NCBI GenBank assembly: GCA_008080745.1
Contig: SHMX01000006.1
Location: 149,684-181,683 of the forward strand
Direction of reading: 5' to 3'
DNA from: Candidatus Thorarchaeota archaeon
GTDB lineage: Archaea > Asgardarchaeota > Thorarchaeia > Thorarchaeales > Thorarchaeaceae
Length of the DNA: 32,000 bases
Shown here: one piece after another, positions 28,530 to 32,000 of the stretch
Numbering within the stretch: position 1 is the first letter of the stretch
Layout: each line of letters starts with the position of its first letter
Made by a program: the position numbers and the translations under genes
Notes under the pieces: model-generated
The model's database searches: none
What the model was told of the DNA's origin: nothing
Seen by the model: the letters and a program-made list of their open reading frames with translations, nothing else

Positions 28530-28814
28530 CTACGTTGAGGCACGCACCTGATTCCAGATAGACTCGAATTGCTCATAGCTTGCTTCCATATCTCGAGTTA
28601 GAAAATAGAGGGTTCCATATCCATTACCTTGGGATACAATAACTCCATTATCCATTAGAACTTCCAGATGATGTCTAATAGTCTTATAATCAAGATCTAA
28701 CAATTCAGTCAATTGATTTGCATTATAGGGACGTTCGTTTAGTGTCATGATGATTCGAGCTCTATTCACTCCTCCGCGTGTACCAGCAATTAGCCACCAG
28801 AGAATTCTCTTCAC
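28530..28814 (-). CDS. ArsR-like winged HTH transcriptional regulator (archaeal WWLIAGTRGG type)
   Basis: WWLIAGTRGGVNRARII..LNERPYNANQL...LDYKTIRHHLEVL...GYGTLYF. Confidence 0.9.
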   Translation of the reverse strand: MKRILWWLIAGTRGGVNRARIIMTLNERPYNANQLTELLDLDYKTIRHHLEVLMDNGVIVSQGNGYGTLYFLTRDMEASYEQFESIWNQVRAST

Positions 28815-28895
28815 AATGAATCATCCCTTTAGAATCAATACCATTCTGAATATGGGATTGTCATCATAACATCTTTTTAGATTCTTTGGAATTGT

Positions 28896-29216
28896 TCAAT
28901 CATTCTCATTAAATGATCTAGCAGTAAACATTCTACATTCATTGCAGATAATCTCATAATCCCAGTACGAGTCGCCAGAGTGCGTACTTACAGACCATTG
29001 TGCATAGATGACCAATACGTTATCACTCCCACAGTTTTTGCAACCATGCATGTGCAATCTATCCTTACAGGGATGTTCTTCTAATGGAACTCCAGAACCT
29101 CTGAAAACCATACCTAGCCAAGTGTTCTCCTCATCGGGAACCAGGCCCTTAGAAAATGCAGTTGCATAGTCTTTCTGGGCGATTCTAGGGGACTCTTGAA
29201 CGGTTTCGTAGAACAT
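28896..29216 (-). CDS. Small Cys-rich (zinc-ribbon-like) hypothetical protein
   Basis: CKNC...CNEC pairs plus an additional Cys and His residues; 106 aa. Confidence 0.6.
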   Translation of the reverse strand: MFYETVQESPRIAQKDYATAFSKGLVPDEENTWLGMVFRGSGVPLEEHPCKDRLHMHGCKNCGSDNVLVIYAQWSVSTHSGDSYWDYEIICNECRMFTARSFNEND

Positions 29217-29372
29217 TGGAATTCACCAAATTCTATGATTACTGCTCTTATCCATCTTCCGAATCACAACACGGAAGACGAGTATAACCCAATCAAACAA
29301 GTTACACCAGAATCATAATATTGTAGACTAGTAAGAGTGATATGCAGTAATCAATCCGTTTGTGTGGGAAAA

Positions 29373-30119
29373 ATGGTCCTTCTGATATTTGGAGATGTAA
29401 ACACCATCGATGTGGTTATGGCATTTGCTACAGGTTTAGTAGCATCTCTAACCATCTCATTAGCGTACAAGATATCTGAAGCAGGCCAGCCAAATTGGAT
29501 TCCTAGAAAACTAGTTCATATACTAATGGGATCGATTATTGCATTCACTGTCGTCACTTATTCTAATCTCAGTGGTCCAACCTTAGCTGCAGGTATTTTC
29601 TTTACCGTACTCATGTTTGCCTGGGCTCACAAGCACGATCTTATTATGCAACTACTCGGAGCCGGAAGTCGAGAAAATGAGAGTAAATTGAATACATTCG
29701 CCTCCGGAATTATGGGTCTAACAGGGTTTGGTACAGCATTTCTTGTCTTTCAGGCAAGACCGGAAATTTTCGTTGCTGCTATTTTAGCAGTCGCCTGGGG
29801 CGATGCTGCAGGAGAAGTCTTTGGTAGGACTTATGGGACCAAGCTTATCAAGAAACGAATAGGAAGTAAATCATTCGAGGGAACTATAAGCGTATTTTTG
29901 TTTTCACTATTATCCCTCTGTGTGGCAATAGTTTTCTATTCTGATGCCTGTGTTCTCTGCGTATTGCCTCAATTGATAGTTATAGCTGCTACTATTGCCT
30001 TTGTTGAGCTGGTTAGTATTGGCTGGACAGATAATTTCCTCATCCCCATAGTTACTGCGATTCTCATGTGGCAGATGTTATTTCCTAGCATGCCTTTACT
30101 ACCTCTACCCGTAAGTTAG
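29373..30119 (+). CDS. CTP-dependent polyprenol/diacylglycerol kinase-like membrane protein (SEC59/DGK1/phytol kinase family)
   Basis: RKLVHILMG, WGDAAGEVFGRTYG, KSFEGT and DNFLIP motifs. The longer start is GTG 29337. Confidence 0.88.
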   Translation: MVLLIFGDVNTIDVVMAFATGLVASLTISLAYKISEAGQPNWIPRKLVHILMGSIIAFTVVTYSNLSGPTLAAGIFFTVLMFAWAHKHDLIMQLLGAGSRENESKLNTFASGIMGLTGFGTAFLVFQARPEIFVAAILAVAWGDAAGEVFGRTYGTKLIKKRIGSKSFEGTISVFLFSLLSLCVAIVFYSDACVLCVLPQLIVIAATIAFVELVSIGWTDNFLIPIVTAILMWQMLFPSMPLLPLPVS

Positions 30120-30183
30120 TTCCTTAGATTTTGCTTTAACCGATAAGACAATTCAGAAAGAATTGAGTTATGAGAGATATATA

Positions 30184-30795
30184 TCATATAGTATAGATTG
30201 TTTCAGCACCTTCATTTCTTGTGTATACTTTTTTCATTTTGGCCAATTGTTCTAATTTTTCTCGTGCCGTTTCAATTGAAATATTCAGATGAGCTCCTAC
30301 ACCTCGTGGTGTGACATGTCCCTTTAGAGAGATATACTTAGCAACATTCTGAAGATCTCTAGGCAAAGAAAGTATACTTATTCCATCAAGGGATTCAATA
30401 ATTGGCAATTCTTTCATTTTAGTTTGGGTAGCACCAAAAATCTCTTCCAAGATATCGTTAAAACTCTGAAAAGTTTCAGAGCTATGGCCTGCTTTGAGAA
30501 TTTTATCAGAAAATCTTCCAATAAACAATAAGGCAATCTCCCTGAGTAGATTTCGAGAAATATCCTTGTCTTTATCAGTTATTGCCATAACTTGAATGGG
30601 GGACATATGAAAAATGTGAATATGAATGGTATCTATCTTCACATAGGTAATTCTCTTTCCTATAACTTCAAGACTAAAGCCGGATATTGCAGTCAAGAAA
30701 CCACTAACTAGTGTAGGATCGGGATGTGTACCGACATATGCTTTGTCATAGAGAGATACGCCACCTTCATTGAATATGAAAATAGATCGTAACAC
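30184..30795 (-). CDS. Longin-like domain plus C-terminal winged-helix protein
   Basis: N-terminus SIFIFNEGGVSLY...LVSGFLTAISGF...F..F..IL; C-terminus VAKYISLKGHVTPRGVGAHLNISIETAREKLEQL...VY (wHTH). GTG 30795 lies 1 nt after the MinD-like stop, with SD GAGGGTG. Confidence 0.7.
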   Translation of the reverse strand: MLRSIFIFNEGGVSLYDKAYVGTHPDPTLVSGFLTAISGFSLEVIGKRITYVKIDTIHIHIFHMSPIQVMAITDKDKDISRNLLREIALLFIGRFSDKILKAGHSSETFQSFNDILEEIFGATQTKMKELPIIESLDGISILSLPRDLQNVAKYISLKGHVTPRGVGAHLNISIETAREKLEQLAKMKKVYTRNEGAETIYTI

Positions 30796-30796
30796 T

Positions 30797-31594
30797 CTAA
30801 TTCCCACCCTCATTTTTCCCAAGGTTGAGTAGTAATTTATTTGCTATAATCTTCAAATCAGATACAAAATCAATTTCAGGTTTTGAAATTGCGTGTACTT
30901 CTACACCCATAGTCATGGCTACTTCAGGAGAATATACAAAGTATCCTAGAATATCAGCATCTGAACCAAACGAATTTTTCACAGTATTCACTATTGTGGT
31001 TTCCATGGAGTTCAACAAAGGTCTTGGTATTTTGTTGAGAAGATAGGAAACGGTCTTGTCTAATGGTCTATATAGCTTCTCATTTAGTTGTACTGTGCCA
31101 TTTAGATCAAAATTATCTACTTTACAGATATTTAGAACATGGTCTGATGAAACGATAGCATTTACAGTACTCGGTTGAGCACCTGATGCTAGATCAAAAA
31201 TTAATATATCAAATCCATCTTTTTGAAGTGCATCTCTAAGATGCAAAATTCTTGAGAGTGCTTTTTTATGCCATTCTCTATCTTTGGATGTATATTCTTG
31301 AATTATATCAATATCTTGATTTGCTACACCCAAATGTAGTTTACCTTTAAGACCCAAAGCTGATGACATGTCGATTAGAAGTTCTTGATAATCTAGTTCC
31401 TCTGATAGGTACTGCCCAACAAAATATTTTGGAGATTCGACTCTAAAAATAGTATGTAGGCTAGGAGCCCAAGTATCCATATCCAGTAGTACGACATCAT
31501 AGCCTCTCTGGGCAAGAATTGCAGCTATATTGGCACTTAGGGTAGTTCTTCCGGTTCCACCCTTATAGCTATGAAGAGCAATACTCTTAATCAT
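30797..31594 (-). CDS. MinD/ParA-family (SIMIBI) ATPase with variant Walker A KGGTGRT
   Basis: HSYKGGTGRTT, LLDMDTWAPSL, ILIFDLASG, YLLNKIP, YSPEV. Confidence 0.9.
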   Translation of the reverse strand: MIKSIALHSYKGGTGRTTLSANIAAILAQRGYDVVLLDMDTWAPSLHTIFRVESPKYFVGQYLSEELDYQELLIDMSSALGLKGKLHLGVANQDIDIIQEYTSKDREWHKKALSRILHLRDALQKDGFDILIFDLASGAQPSTVNAIVSSDHVLNICKVDNFDLNGTVQLNEKLYRPLDKTVSYLLNKIPRPLLNSMETTIVNTVKNSFGSDADILGYFVYSPEVAMTMGVEVHAISKPEIDFVSDLKIIANKLLLNLGKNEGGN

Positions 31595-31618
31595 AGTTAA
31601 TTATTTTCACTTATGTTA

Positions 31619-31625
31619 TTTATAT
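31619..31625. promoter_or_regulatory. TATA-like element (TATAAA on minus, ~25 nt before the MinD ATG; TTTATAT on plus)
   Basis: The spacing fits a leaderless archaeal transcript of the MinD-like gene. It could also serve a divergent plus-strand transcript. Confidence 0.4.
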
Positions 31626-31644
31626 CTGACAGTATAGCAGATAT

Positions 31645-31895
31645 GGTCTACCGTTGTACAGAGCTTGGACAAAGTTGGACAGGTGTCCTCATCTGCTGTC
31701 TGTTTCCTGCTTCATTGAGGCTGCATCACTGGTCACAGAGGACTGGTGTTGTCTTACTTCCTCTTCACAGGCTTTTTGTGCCTCCGTGCAACTCACGGCG
31801 GCATACTTATCTTAGACATGATTCCTAATAACCCCCCTTCTGATGGTATCTGCACACACTCCCGGTGGCCGAGCTGCCGGTGCTACCGTATACAG
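31645..31895 (+). ncRNA. Candidate structured non-coding RNA of unknown family
   Basis: GC-richer ~250-nt segment with no convincing ORF and four helices whose irregular pairs are G-U on the plus strand. It is flanked by imperfect 17-nt direct repeats. Confidence 0.35.
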
Positions 31896-32000
31896 GTCAA
31901 TATATCAAAGAGTCAATTGATATATGTCCAAAAGATATGAGTACGAGTGCGTATACTATTTTTGTAGGACAAGATGAATCGAGACAAACTAGTCACTTAG

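Noticed and set aside
4011-31046. Numerous 60-200 aa antisense or alternate-frame ORFs inside long genes (e.g. 4278-4736, 7856-8221, 15265-15747, 22065-22664)
   Set aside because: They are fully nested in well-supported CDSs and have no motifs of their own.
31754-31819. Minus-strand 21-aa basic peptide MSKISMPP(UGA)VARRHKKPVKRK with a downstream hairpin carrying GUGA/AUGA...GA, suggesting a selenopeptide plus SECIS
   Set aside because: The putative SECIS lacks the ~11-bp helix II above the GA quartet (only 0-2 bp can form), the Sec context is not redox-like, and G-U pairing favours the opposite strand.
31826-31843. Minus-strand CAGAAGGGGGGTTATT resembling the RNase P RNA CR-V/P4 3' strand
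   Set aside because: No matching CR-I (GAGGAAACUCCCC-like) strand lies upstream in the window, the upstream DNA is AT-rich, and the nearby GAGGAAGT is downstream and cannot form P4.
31861-31880. TGGCCGAGC resembling a tRNA D-arm
   Set aside because: There is no T-loop (GTTCRA), acceptor stem or anticodon arm.
1-32000. CRISPR arrays, IS/transposases, integrases, rRNA or tRNA genes
   Set aside because: No spaced repeat array, DDE/HUH/tyrosine-recombinase motif or tRNA/rRNA consensus was found by eye on either strand.

Overview
AT-rich, gene-dense archaeal window. It is inferred to come from an Asgard archaeon, possibly Thorarchaeia, because it has two longin-like-domain fusions, an archaeal PAC2 chaperone, an archaeal ArsR-like/membrane-protein pair and a giant Ig-like surface protein. 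No database check was possible. About 28 plausible CDSs are present, including two missed by the ORF track: a >1152-codon surface glycoprotein running off the left edge (<1..3456, minus) and a 57-aa membrane peptide (17980..18153, minus). Most genes are ordinary: xth, CPA2 antiporter, YcaQ-like glycosylase, alpha/beta hydrolase, PRTase, SLC13/ArsB permease, flavoprotein, site-2 protease, PAC2, GT-C-like protein, polyprenol-kinase-like protein, hybrid histidine kinase and a RelBE-type TA pair. No tRNA, rRNA, CRISPR array or transposase was seen. The best candidates for novelty are: (1) an NLR-like STAND/NACHT protein with a Gly-rich hydrophobic N-terminus and 11 Gly/Ala-rich ~36-aa repeats resembling Rpn1/Rpn2/APC1 PC repeats, followed by a methyltransferase-fold gene; (2) an MFS transporter fused to a longin-like domain; (3) a MinD/ParA ATPase with a K-to-R P-loop coupled to a longin-wHTH protein; (4) a ~250-nt structured non-coding segment near the right end; (5) an 11-bp-period operator-like array near an ArsR-like regulator; (6) a six-bladed NHL propeller apparently inserted into the surface protein.
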